Shown: positions 1 through 7,901, counted from the stretch's first letter. The stretch is 13,997 nucleotides of DNA from Myxococcota bacterium (GCA_036149055.1 JAYZQJ010000269.1:1-13997), one strand, 5' to 3'. Program-made: numbers and translations. The notes: a model not told the origin generated them from the letters alone.

Positions 1-280
1 GGTGTCGCTGCGCGACACGGGGACTGGGGCATGGGGCAGCGGGCTGGAGGATCGCCACCGGGACCCGGCCCGCGCCCGCCACGGCCGCCGCCGCCGCCCG
101 GTCATCACTCGCGGGAAGCGAGGAAGGTCGGAATCTCGGAGACGAGGACGGGCAGGGAGAGGGGAGGCGGGAGGCGAGGAGGAGGTGTCGCTGCGCGACA
201 CGGGGGCTGGGGCATGGGGCAGCGGGCTGGAGGATCGCCGCCGGCACCCGGCCCGCGCCCGCCACGGCCACCGCCGCCGC
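1..280. repeat. Direct repeat A: two ~97-bp copies (1-97, 184-280; period 183), each starting with the hairpin GTGTCGC-TGC-GCGACAC
   Basis: Manual alignment shows about 4 mismatches over ~97 bp. The first copy starts at the window edge and may be truncated. Confidence 0.9.
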
Positions 281-719
281 CGCCGCCGCGCGATGATCTG
301 ATTCCTCCACGCCTCCCACCTCCCCTCTCCCTTCGTGGGGCGAGACCTGGGGCGCGGCCTGGGTGCTGGGCGGGCGGGGACCCGGCGGCGAGCGCGCTCG
401 ACCCGCCCCCTGCTGGCCGCGGAGCGGCTTCTTCCTCCCTTCCATCCTTCCTCGCTTCCCGCGAGTGGGCCGGAGGAGACGGGCGCGCAGCTGACCGGGA
501 CCCGGCCCGCGCCCGCCACGGCCGCCGCCGCCGCCGCCGCGCGATGACCTGATTCCTCCCCGCCTCCCACCTCCCCTCTCCCTTCTTGGGGCGAGACCTG
601 GGGCGCGGCCGGGGTGCTGGGCGGGCGGGGACCCGGCGGCGAGCGCGCTCGACCCGCCCCCTGCTGGCCGCGGAGCGGCTTCTTCCCCTTCCGCCCTTCC
701 TCGCTTCCTGCGAGTGGGC
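246..719. repeat. Direct repeat B: two ~220-bp copies (246-470, 500-719), REP/BIME-like intergenic mosaic
   Basis: Near-identical copies from ACCCGGCCCGCGCCCGCCACGGCC to CTCGCTTCC(C/T)GCGAGTGGGC. Each holds a (GCC)n tract, a polypyrimidine tract and the perfect palindrome CGAGCGCGCTCG (389-400, 640-651). Confidence 0.9.
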
Positions 720-724
720 AGGGG

Positions 725-1393
725 TCACCGGAGGGCGGCGAGGACCCTGGCGTGCACCGCCGGGTCGAAGAGCATGGCGTTGTGCCCGAGCCCGTCGAAC
801 CACTCCACCTCGGCGTCCTCGAGGGCGGCCGCGCTGGAGGGCGGCGTCACCATCAGGTCGGCGGCCGCGACGAGCGCGGTGTGCGAGACGGCGGTGGCCC
901 GGTGCCGGCCGGCGGCGAGGCGACGCACGATGGCGCCCTGGGGCTCGAGGGCCGCGCGGAGCGGGCCGGGGGCGATGCGAGCGCTGCGGGTGCCGGCGTG
1001 GGGGGTCGCGAGGGTGACGACCCGGCGGGTGCGCGCGGCGCCTCCCATCTCCTGGACCCACCAGCGCGCGACGAGGCCGCCGAGGGAGTGGCCGATCAGA
1101 TCGAGCTCCGCGTCGCCGTGCCGGGCGAGCTGCGCGTCGAGCGCGTCGAGCACCCGAGAGAAGGGCCACGAGGAGCGGTAGCTGAAGTCCAGGGTCGGCA
1201 GCTCGAGCTCGGCCTCCACCGCGCGGCGCAGCGGATCGAAGACCGCGCCGCCGGCCCCGTAGCCATGCACGAAGGCCACCACGCGGGGGGCGTCGGGCTC
1301 GGGCCGCGGGCGGCGGCGGGCGAGGACCATGAGGGTGCCCTGGCGCGCCACCGCGCTCGCCTCGCGACCCAGGACTCTCAGCCTCTCACGCAA
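725..1393 (-). CDS. Small alpha/beta-fold lipase/esterase
   Basis: Oxyanion motif FVHGYGAG, nucleophile GHSLGG, TLATPHAGT, putative Asp (DLMV) and His (GHNAML). The TTG start overlaps the SDR stop by 8 bp; an alternative ATG lies at 1330. No obvious signal peptide. Confidence 0.85.
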   Translation of the reverse strand: MRERLRVLGREASAVARQGTLMVLARRRPRPEPDAPRVVAFVHGYGAGGAVFDPLRRAVEAELELPTLDFSYRSSWPFSRVLDALDAQLARHGDAELDLIGHSLGGLVARWWVQEMGGAARTRRVVTLATPHAGTRSARIAPGPLRAALEPQGAIVRRLAAGRHRATAVSHTALVAAADLMVTPPSSAAALEDAEVEWFDGLGHNAMLFDPAVHARVLAALR

Positions 1394-2465
1394 ACCGCGG
1401 CACCCACTGCTCCGCCTGGTACCAGCGCAACACCTGACGCCAGCCCTCGGCGAACCGAGGATAGCGCGGGAGCCAGCCGAGCGCGCGCAGCTTGGAGGTG
1501 TCGAGGATCAGGTCGTCGTAGAGCAGCGTGAGCGCCTCGCGGTCGAGCCGGACCCGCAGCGCGGGCTTGAGGCCGTGGCGGAGCACCACGAGCTTCCACA
1601 TGCCGAGCGCGACCGAGTCGGCCGCGTGGTAGGCGCCGGGCTGCACGAAGATCTTCGCGATCCGGTCGAGCACCGAGCGCGGCAGGCTGCCCGCGCCGAC
1701 GGTGGGCAGGCCGTAGGCCCTCACCGTCTCGGTGATGCGGTCGCCGAGGGTCAACGCGTCCTCGTCGGCCACGTTGTAGATCTCGTCCTTGGTGTCCTCG
1801 CGGCCGAGCACGAAGACCGCCGCCCGCGCGACGTCCTCGGCGTGCGCCATCGTCGCGGTGGGGCCGCCCGACGGCTGCGGCAGGATCGGGGTGACCAGCC
1901 GGAGCGTCGGGCCCACCGACAGCATCGCGGCCGCGAAGTGACGCCCGCGCCGGCCGTAGAGCGGGGCCGCGCGCAGGATGGTCCAGGCGGGGCCCTCGCC
2001 CTTGCGCGCCCGGAGCACCTCCTCGGCGCCGAGCTTGCTGCGGCCGTAGGGCCCGCGCGGCGCGATCTCGCTGGTCTCGGTCAGCGGCTGCGGCGCGCCC
2101 TGCGCGTAGAGCATGGCCGTCGAGATCTGCACGAAGCGCTGCACCTTCTCGGCGGTGGCCGCCTCGAAGAGCCGCGCGACCACCTCGGTGTTCACCTCGC
2201 GGAGCGCCTCCTCGGGCGCGCCCACGTCGAGGAGGGCGGCGGTGTGGATGATCGCGTCGCAGCCCTTCACGACCCGCGCGACCACCTCGGGATCCCGCAG
2301 GTCCCCGGGCCGCACCTCGCCGCGCACCGGCTGCTGCACGCCCTTGGCGGTCAGGTCGCTCGCGATCACCCGCCAGCCGGCGGCCTCCGCGAGCGCGATG
2401 GCGTAGTGCCCCACCGTGCCGGCGGCGCCGGTGATGAGCACCGTGCTCCCTCGCTCCAGCGTCAC
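1386..2465 (-). CDS. NAD-dependent epimerase/dehydratase family protein (extended SDR)
   Basis: Rossmann motif VLITGAAGTVG, IIHTAA, QIST, catalytic YGRSK (YxxxK), LRAAPLYG, IYNVAD. The GTG start overlaps the trpC stop (GTGA). Confidence 0.9.
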   Translation of the reverse strand: MTLERGSTVLITGAAGTVGHYAIALAEAAGWRVIASDLTAKGVQQPVRGEVRPGDLRDPEVVARVVKGCDAIIHTAALLDVGAPEEALREVNTEVVARLFEAATAEKVQRFVQISTAMLYAQGAPQPLTETSEIAPRGPYGRSKLGAEEVLRARKGEGPAWTILRAAPLYGRRGRHFAAAMLSVGPTLRLVTPILPQPSGGPTATMAHAEDVARAAVFVLGREDTKDEIYNVADEDALTLGDRITETVRAYGLPTVGAGSLPRSVLDRIAKIFVQPGAYHAADSVALGMWKLVVLRHGLKPALRVRLDREALTLLYDDLILDTSKLRALGWLPRYPRFAEGWRQVLRWYQAEQWVPRFA

Positions 2466-3250
2466 GCGTCACCTCCGACGAGCTCGGCGAGGCGCCGGCC
2501 GGGATCCTCCGCCCGCATCAGGCCCGTCCCCATCAACACCGCGTCCGCTCCGGTCTCCGCGACCGCCAGAAGCTCCGCCTTCGTCGACACTCCGCTCATG
2601 TACACCGAGACGCGGTCGTCGGGCACTTTTTGAATCGCGCCCGCGGCCGCGGCCGGGTCCACCCGGAAGGTGGAGAGATCGCGGGCGTTCACCCCGACCA
2701 CGCGGGCCCGGGTGGCGAGCGCCCGATCCACCTCGGCCTCGTCGGCCGCCTCGACCACCGGCTCGAGGCCCCGCGCGAGGCAGCCGTCGACCAGATCGCC
2801 GAGGGCCGCGTCGTCGAGGGCCCGGACGAGCAGGAGCACCATCGCCGCCCCCGAGGCCCGGGCGAGGTCGAGCTGGATGGGGTCGAGCACGAACTCCTTG
2901 AAGAGCGTCGGCGCGGAGACGGCCGCCGCGACCCGGCGGAGCTCGAGGACCGAGCCGCCGAAGCCTCTCCGATCGCAGAGCACGCTGACCGCGGCCGCGC
3001 CGGCGTCGACGTAGCCGCGCGCGATGCGCACCCCGTCGCCGGCCGCGCGCGGGCGGATCGCGCCGGCGCTCGGGCTGCGGAACTTCACCTCCGCGATCAC
3101 CCGGGGCAGCGGGCCCACGCGTCGCAGCGCCTCCAGGGCCGACGGCGGGATCGCCTGGACCGACGCCGGGTCGAAGAGCCCGAGGTGGGCGCGGCGCCGC
3201 GCGTTCTCGCGGGCCTTGCGCGCGAGGATCGGCGCGAGGAGGTCGCTCAT
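2462..3250 (-). CDS. trpC: Indole-3-glycerol phosphate synthase (divergent motifs)
   Basis: IAEVKFRSPSAG, AVSVLCD..FGGS, LFKEF, GVNARDL, GADAVLMGTGLM. The ATG at 3250 overlaps the trpD stop (ATGA); the longer 2462..3946 ORF is an N-terminal over-call. Confidence 0.92.
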   Translation of the reverse strand: MSDLLAPILARKARENARRRAHLGLFDPASVQAIPPSALEALRRVGPLPRVIAEVKFRSPSAGAIRPRAAGDGVRIARGYVDAGAAAVSVLCDRRGFGGSVLELRRVAAAVSAPTLFKEFVLDPIQLDLARASGAAMVLLLVRALDDAALGDLVDGCLARGLEPVVEAADEAEVDRALATRARVVGVNARDLSTFRVDPAAAAGAIQKVPDDRVSVYMSGVSTKAELLAVAETGADAVLMGTGLMRAEDPGRRLAELVGGDA

Positions 3251-4251
3251 CCAGCCGCCCAGCGCCCGAGGAGATCGCGGGCGCCGCCGCCGTCCAGCGC
3301 CGCCTCGACGCGCTCTCGCGCCGCGCGGGCGTCCGTCTCGGCGCCGGCGGCCAGCAGGGCAGCCGCGGCGTTGATCACCACCGCGACCCGCGGGGCTCCG
3401 GCCTCGCCGTCGAGCACCGCGCGGATGATGCGGGCGTTGGCGGCGGAGTCGCCACCCACGAGGCCGTCGAAGGAGACCGGCTCGAGCCCGAAGTCGGCCG
3501 GCTCCACCGTGCGCTCCTCGATCGCGCCGTCGGCCAGCACCGCGACCTGGGTGGGGCCGCAGGGGGAGACCTCGTCGAGCCCGCCCTCGCCGTGCACCAC
3601 CCACGCGCCCTGCACCCCGAGCGCCCGCAGCACCTCGGCGATCTGGCGCAGCCGCTTCGGGTCGTACACGCCGAGCAGCTGGTGGGTGGCCGACGCCGGG
3701 TTGGCGAGCGGGCCGAGCAGGTTGAAGAAGGTCCGCAGGCCCAGCTCCTTGCGCACCGGCGCCGCGTGACGGAGCGCCCCGTGGAAGGCGGGGGCGAAGA
3801 GAAAGGCGATGCCCAGGCGGCCCAGGCACGCCGCCGCCCCCTCGGGCGACTCGTCCAGCTTCACGCCGAGCGCCTCGAGCACGTCGGCGCTGCCGGACTT
3901 GCTGCTGACCGCGCGGTTGCCGTGCTTGGCGACGTCGACGCCGCACGCCGCCACCACGATGGCCGCGGTGGTGCTGATGTTGAAGGTGCCGCTCCGGTCG
4001 CCGCCGGTCCCGCAGGTGTCGAGGAGCGGCCCGTCGACCGAGAGCGCGATCGGCACCGCGCGCCGGCGCAGCACCCTGGCCGCCGCCGACAGCTCCTCCG
4101 CCGTCTCGCCGCGCATCCGGAGCGCGATGGCCAGCGCCGCGATCTGCGCCGGGGACGCGTCGCCGGCGAGGATCGTCTCCATGGCGCCCTCCATCGCGGC
4201 GCCGCTCAGCCCCTCGCCCGAGACCGCGGTCCGGATCGCCTCCCGGATCAC
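3247..4251 (-). CDS. trpD: Anthranilate phosphoribosyltransferase
   Basis: [56 protein letters not shown]. The GTG start at 4251 overlaps the trpG stop (GTGA). Confidence 0.96.
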   Translation of the reverse strand: MIREAIRTAVSGEGLSGAAMEGAMETILAGDASPAQIAALAIALRMRGETAEELSAAARVLRRRAVPIALSVDGPLLDTCGTGGDRSGTFNISTTAAIVVAACGVDVAKHGNRAVSSKSGSADVLEALGVKLDESPEGAAACLGRLGIAFLFAPAFHGALRHAAPVRKELGLRTFFNLLGPLANPASATHQLLGVYDPKRLRQIAEVLRALGVQGAWVVHGEGGLDEVSPCGPTQVAVLADGAIEERTVEPADFGLEPVSFDGLVGGDSAANARIIRAVLDGEAGAPRVAVVINAAAALLAAGAETDARAARERVEAALDGGGARDLLGRWAAG

Positions 4252-4850
4252 GCCGCGCTCCGGGATCCGCGGCCGCCTCGCTCGGGGAGGCGCGCGAGGA
4301 AGGCGTCGAGCAGGTCGTGGCCGCGCTCGGTCAGGAACGACTCGGGGTGGAACTGCACGCCTTCGACCTCGAGCGTCCGGTGCCGCAGGCCCATGATCTC
4401 GCCCTCGGCCGTCCAGGCGGTGACCTCGAGGCACTCGGGGAGCGTCTCGCGCTCGACGATGAGCGAGTGGTAGCGGGTCGCGGTCATCGGGCTCGGCAGC
4501 GCGGCGAAGACGCCCGCGCCCTCGTGCAGGATCGGCGACGTGCGCCCGTGCATGAGGCGCTCGGCCCGCACCACCCGGCCGCCGTAGGACTGGGCGATCG
4601 ACTGGAGGCCGAGGCACACCCCGAAGAGCGGGATCTCGCCGGCGAGCGCGCCGATGACGTCGAGGGTGATGCCCGCGTCGTCCGGGGTGCCGGGGCCGGG
4701 CGAGAGCAGGATCCCCTCGGGCGAGAGCGCCCGGATCCCCTCCACGTCGATGGCGTCGTTGCGGAACACCCGGACGTCCGCGCCCAGCTCCGCGAGGTAC
4801 TGGACGAGGTTGTATGTGAAGGAATCGTAATTGTCGACGACGAGGATCAT
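4248..4850 (-). CDS. trpG: Anthranilate synthase component II / glutamine amidotransferase (TrpG/PabA family)
   Basis: [15 protein letters not shown], catalytic [18 protein letters not shown]. Adjacent to trpD and trpC; GGGGAG RBS upstream. Confidence 0.95.
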   Translation of the reverse strand: MILVVDNYDSFTYNLVQYLAELGADVRVFRNDAIDVEGIRALSPEGILLSPGPGTPDDAGITLDVIGALAGEIPLFGVCLGLQSIAQSYGGRVVRAERLMHGRTSPILHEGAGVFAALPSPMTATRYHSLIVERETLPECLEVTAWTAEGEIMGLRHRTLEVEGVQFHPESFLTERGHDLLDAFLARLPERGGRGSRSAA

Positions 4851-4868
4851 GAAGAGGCTCTCCCCAAC

Positions 4869-4897
4869 GGAGTAGAGGCTGGGCGCGGAGGCGTCAA
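4869..4897 (-). promoter_or_regulatory. Putative sigma70-type promoter of trpGDC
   Basis: On the minus strand TTGACG (4897-4892, overlapping the lipoprotein stop), 17 bp, TACTCC (4874-4869). The -10 lacks the terminal T. Confidence 0.45.
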
Positions 4898-5382
4898 CGC
4901 GCTGGCGGCGCCTCCGGGGGCTCGCGCGTCCCGGTGGGCGCGAGGCGCTCCATCTCGGCGTCGACCTCCAGCAGCGCCCGGTCGGCGGCCGACTGCGCGC
5001 GCAGCGCCCCGAGCAGCGCGTCCGGATCGCGCGCGCCGTCCTCGAGCACCGCGCGGTAGTCCTGAAGCGCGGCGACCCGGTCGCGGTAGCCGCGCACCAG
5101 CCGCCGCCGGAGCCGCTGCCCTTCGCGGCTCCCGACCTCCGCCCGCTCGGCGCGCTCGACCTGACGGCGGGCGCCCGGGAGCACGCCGGTCCGGAGCAGG
5201 CGCGCGGCCTCGTAGGGCCGGTCCTCGGCCACCCGCTCCACCTCCTCGAGGGGCTGGACCGCGGGGTCGTCGATCATGAGCAGGCGCAGCACCTCGATGT
5301 CGGCGACCACGTCGACCGGGGTGGTCGCCTCCTCCTCCCCGCAGGCGAGGAGCAGCAGCGCGCTAAGGACCGCTCGTCGCAT
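4894..5382 (-). CDS. Hypothetical lipoprotein (predicted all-helical)
   Basis: [14 protein letters not shown]14: basic N-terminus, hydrophobic core, lipobox. It overlaps the upstream hydrolase by 20 bp. Confidence 0.75.
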   Translation of the reverse strand: MRRAVLSALLLLACGEEEATTPVDVVADIEVLRLLMIDDPAVQPLEEVERVAEDRPYEAARLLRTGVLPGARRQVERAERAEVGSREGQRLRRRLVRGYRDRVAALQDYRAVLEDGARDPDALLGALRAQSAADRALLEVDAEMERLAPTGTREPPEAPPAR

Positions 5383-6250
5383 AACCGCGCTCCCGCAGGA
5401 ACTTCTCGACCCGCAGGTTCACCAGCTCCGGGTACTCGACCGCGACGTAGTGCGTGCCGCCCGGCACGACGAGCAGCTCGGCGCCGCGCACGTCGCGGAC
5501 CATCTGCTCGGCCGCCGCCCGGGGCGTGAACAGGTCGCGGTCGCCGGTGATGACCAGCACCGGGACGTCGAGGGTCTCGAGCACGTCGCGGGCGTCGTGC
5601 TCCCCGAGCCGCTCGAGGGTGTGGAGGTAGAGGTCCATGTCCAGGTCGGCGAACGAGCCCGCGAGCTGGTGGAAGACCTCCTCGTCGAGGGTCTGCCCGG
5701 CCAGCCCGACCCGCTTCGCCCAGGTGACCGTCTCCGGCATGCGCGCGAAGCGAGCGGTGGCCGCCTGGGTGAGGCCGGGGAGCGCGCGCAGCACCGAGAG
5801 CGCCGGCGGGATCAGCGCGCCCACCCGCGCCGAGCGGAAGGCGGTGGTCCAGGGCGCGCCGGCGACCCCGTTGACGAGCACCAGCGACCGGACCCGGTCG
5901 GGCGCGCGCCGAAAGATCTCGAGGGCGACCTGCACGCCCATCGACCAGCCGAAGATCGCCGTCGACTCGACGCCGGCCGCGTCCATCACCCGGAGCGCGT
6001 CCTCGGCGTGGTCCTCGACGTCGACCGCGTCCGCGTCGCCCGGCCGCCCCGAGCGGTAGAGGCCGCGATAGTCCCAGGACAGGAACCGGTAGCGGTCCCG
6101 GAAGTACTCGAGCTGGTGGGTCCAGGCCCGCCAGCTGCCGCCGAGCCCGTTGGCGAGCAGCACGGGCAGACCCTCACCCACTTCGTGGTAGGCCAGCTCC
6201 GTGTCGTCGAACGAGGAGACCCGGTGCTCTTCGACCTCGAGGCGCTTCAT
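5363..6250 (-). CDS. Alpha/beta hydrolase
   Basis: LLANGLGG, WDYRG..RS, nucleophile GWSMG, GDRD acid, GGTHY His. The likely start is MKRLEVEE at 6250; the ORF-track extension to 6550 reads as non-coding. Confidence 0.92.
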   Translation of the reverse strand: MKRLEVEEHRVSSFDDTELAYHEVGEGLPVLLANGLGGSWRAWTHQLEYFRDRYRFLSWDYRGLYRSGRPGDADAVDVEDHAEDALRVMDAAGVESTAIFGWSMGVQVALEIFRRAPDRVRSLVLVNGVAGAPWTTAFRSARVGALIPPALSVLRALPGLTQAATARFARMPETVTWAKRVGLAGQTLDEEVFHQLAGSFADLDMDLYLHTLERLGEHDARDVLETLDVPVLVITGDRDLFTPRAAAEQMVRDVRGAELLVVPGGTHYVAVEYPELVNLRVEKFLRERGYATSGP

Positions 6251-6260
6251 GGGGAGCGGG

Positions 6261-6269
6261 AAGGTAGCA
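6261..6269 (-). promoter_or_regulatory. Putative extended -10 promoter (TG-C-TACCTT) of the hydrolase gene, giving a near-leaderless mRNA
   Basis: TGnTAnnnT ends 10 nt before the ATG, and no Shine-Dalgarno is present (CCCGCTCCCC-ATG). Confidence 0.45.
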
Positions 6270-6347
6270 GACCGCGGCCCTCGCGGGGGGCTCCGCTGAG
6301 GCTGGATCGTTCGCGCTTTCGAGGAGATCGTGATACGCGTCCGAGGC

Positions 6348-6377
6348 TTGACACTCCGAGTGGCGCGCGGATACGTT
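6348..6377 (+). promoter_or_regulatory. Putative sigma70 promoter of the 6553 gene
   Basis: Perfect TTGACA (6348-6353), 18 bp, TACGTT (6372-6377) in a divergent intergenic region. Confidence 0.65.
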
Positions 6378-6398
6378 CCGGCGTCCAAAAACGTCCAC

Positions 6399-6523
6399 CA
6401 TCCCAGCTCGGACGAGCCTTCGACGCGGTCCGCTGCGCTACCCCGAGGGGTGGTCGGTGGGGCCCGCACGGAGGGGGGCGAGGCCAGTCCGGTGGGGATG
6501 ACCACGAGCGAGTCCTCTCGCTC
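6399..6523 (+). ncRNA. Candidate structured 5' leader or sRNA (long rod plus a 7-bp hairpin)
   Basis: Six nested helices over 6399-6500 with several G-U pairs on the + strand, then GAGCGAG-TCCT-CTCGCTC (6506-6523). No known family recognised. Confidence 0.35.
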
Positions 6524-6552
6524 CAGAGAAGAATGAGGCCGAGGCCCCACAC

Positions 6553-7818
6553 ATGGCAGACAAGCCCAAGAAGAAGAGGGATCTGAGAGCCCGCCTCGGG
6601 CGCACCATCACCCCCAAGACCGGGGGCGGCGCTCCGGCCCCGGGTGGCGCTGGCGGTGGAGCGGTCCCCCCGCCCAACCTCGGCGGAGCGCCCAGCGAAG
6701 CCCCGGCGGGCGCCACCCCGGCGCCCAAGGGTGTGACCCCGCCGCCCGGCGTGGGTGGAGGCGTCGCCGCCCCCCCCGCGGGCATCGGTGGGGGTCTCCC
6801 CGGCGGTGACGTCGCGCCCCCTCCCTTCGCGCAGCCGCAGCCCTCGCAGCCCGCGCCCGCGCAGCCGGCCGACCCGTTCTCGGCCGGGGGCGGCGCCGCG
6901 GCGGCCCCGCAGCAGCAGGTCGTCAAGCTCGAGTTCGACGACAAGCTCGTCACCGACCAGGAGGTCGGCAAGGGCAAGCGGATGGCGGTCTTCATCGTCG
7001 CCGCGGTCTGCCTCGCGGTCGGCATGGGCGTCGGCTTCTTCGGCGGCTCGACCTTCGAGAACAACAAGATCTTCGACAAGACGGTCGCGGACGCCCAGGA
7101 CGTCTACGCCTCGGTCGACGACGCGGCCAGCACGGTCACCGCCGCCCAGGGCCACATCGACGCGCTCGTCGAGGCCGCGGCCGGCAACCAGGCCGAGGGC
7201 ACGCCCCCCGCGGTGAACTACGAGGCCATCGAGGCGCTCCGCGCGCTCGAGAAGCCGTTCGAGCTCGGCGCGTTCACCGGCAAGAACTACAACGCGCTCC
7301 AGTCGAACACGGTCAACGACCTGTTCCAGTACGCGCTGAACATCGACGAGCTCTGGCGCGAGTTCCGCAGCCTGGCGGCGCAGACCCTCCCCGAGGCGCG
7401 CCGCGAGGAGCTGAACGAGACCGCCGCGGCCACCGCCGAGCAGTCGCAGACCCAGTACGGCGCGGTCCTCTCGCGGGCCGAGGACGGCCGCCTCTTCGGC
7501 AGCCTCGTCTTCCTGTCCGAGGGCACCGACGGCAACGTCATGGCGCGCGCCACCCGCGGCGGTCAGGGCCGCGAGTTCTCGCTCTTCAACGGCGGCGATC
7601 AGGAGATCACCGACAGCCCCGAGTTCGTGATGCTCGTCAACGGCCAGACCAGCCGCGGCGTGCTCGCCGAGCAGACCGGCGCCTTCGGCCTCTACCTGAT
7701 GAAGATCCGCGACCTCAAGCTGAAGATCGACTCCACCGTCGAGATCCAGGGCCGGCTCCTGCAGGCCATCAGCGCGGCGCTCACCGAGGCCGGCGCGAGC
7801 GTTCGGCGCACCGAGTAG
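6553..7818 (+). CDS. Hypothetical bitopic membrane protein with basic N-terminal motif and Pro/Gly-rich linker
   Basis: 421 aa with strongly C/G-ending codons and a GAGG RBS. One hydrophobic segment (MAVFIVAAVCLAVGMGVGFFGG, from ~aa 144, nt 6982-7047) follows KGKR, then a helical C-terminal region. Confidence 0.85.
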   Translation: MADKPKKKRDLRARLGRTITPKTGGGAPAPGGAGGGAVPPPNLGGAPSEAPAGATPAPKGVTPPPGVGGGVAAPPAGIGGGLPGGDVAPPPFAQPQPSQPAPAQPADPFSAGGGAAAAPQQQVVKLEFDDKLVTDQEVGKGKRMAVFIVAAVCLAVGMGVGFFGGSTFENNKIFDKTVADAQDVYASVDDAASTVTAAQGHIDALVEAAAGNQAEGTPPAVNYEAIEALRALEKPFELGAFTGKNYNALQSNTVNDLFQYALNIDELWREFRSLAAQTLPEARREELNETAAATAEQSQTQYGAVLSRAEDGRLFGSLVFLSEGTDGNVMARATRGGQGREFSLFNGGDQEITDSPEFVMLVNGQTSRGVLAEQTGAFGLYLMKIRDLKLKIDSTVEIQGRLLQAISAALTEAGASVRRTE

Positions 7819-7849
7819 CCCACCAGCCCGCGGTTCCGCGGAACGCGAA

Positions 7850-7890
7850 GACGGCCTCCCGGGAGCAATCCTTGGAGGCCGTCGTGCTTT
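7850..7890 (+). terminator. Putative intrinsic terminator after the 6553 gene
   Basis: GACGGCCTCC-CG-GGA-GCAA-TCC-TT-GGAGGCCGTC (GNRA loop), followed by GTGCTTT (weak U-tract). Confidence 0.6.
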
Positions 7891-7892
7891 GG

Positions 7893-7901
7893 TGGTAGCG
7901 T
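7893..7901 (+). promoter_or_regulatory. Putative extended -10 promoter (TG-G-TAGCGT) of FHA gene 1
   Basis: TGnTAnnnT just after the terminator and upstream of the GAGGAG RBS (7911-7916). Confidence 0.4.

Noticed and set aside
2..1169. ORFs over the left repeats (2..301, 31..552, 105..1169, 335..547, 586..1017)
   Set aside because: Low-complexity Arg/Pro/Gly translations of repeats that are open in several frames on both strands; typical of high-GC non-coding DNA.
2462..4617. Apparent N-terminal extensions or fusions of TrpC (to 3946) and TrpD (to 4617)
   Set aside because: The extensions are off-frame readings of trpD and trpG. Starts at 3250 and 4251 give normal lengths and 4-bp stop/start overlaps.
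6256..6272. GGAAGGTAGCAG resembling the SRP RNA helix 8 (GGAA loop plus AGCAG)
   Set aside because: The upstream CAGG and the closing stem are missing. It is better explained as the minus-strand extended -10.
6399..6523. Assignment of the rod structure to 6S RNA, SRP RNA or a known riboswitch
   Set aside because: The rod is about 100 nt, shorter than typical 6S, and I recognise no family signature. It is kept only as an unassigned candidate.
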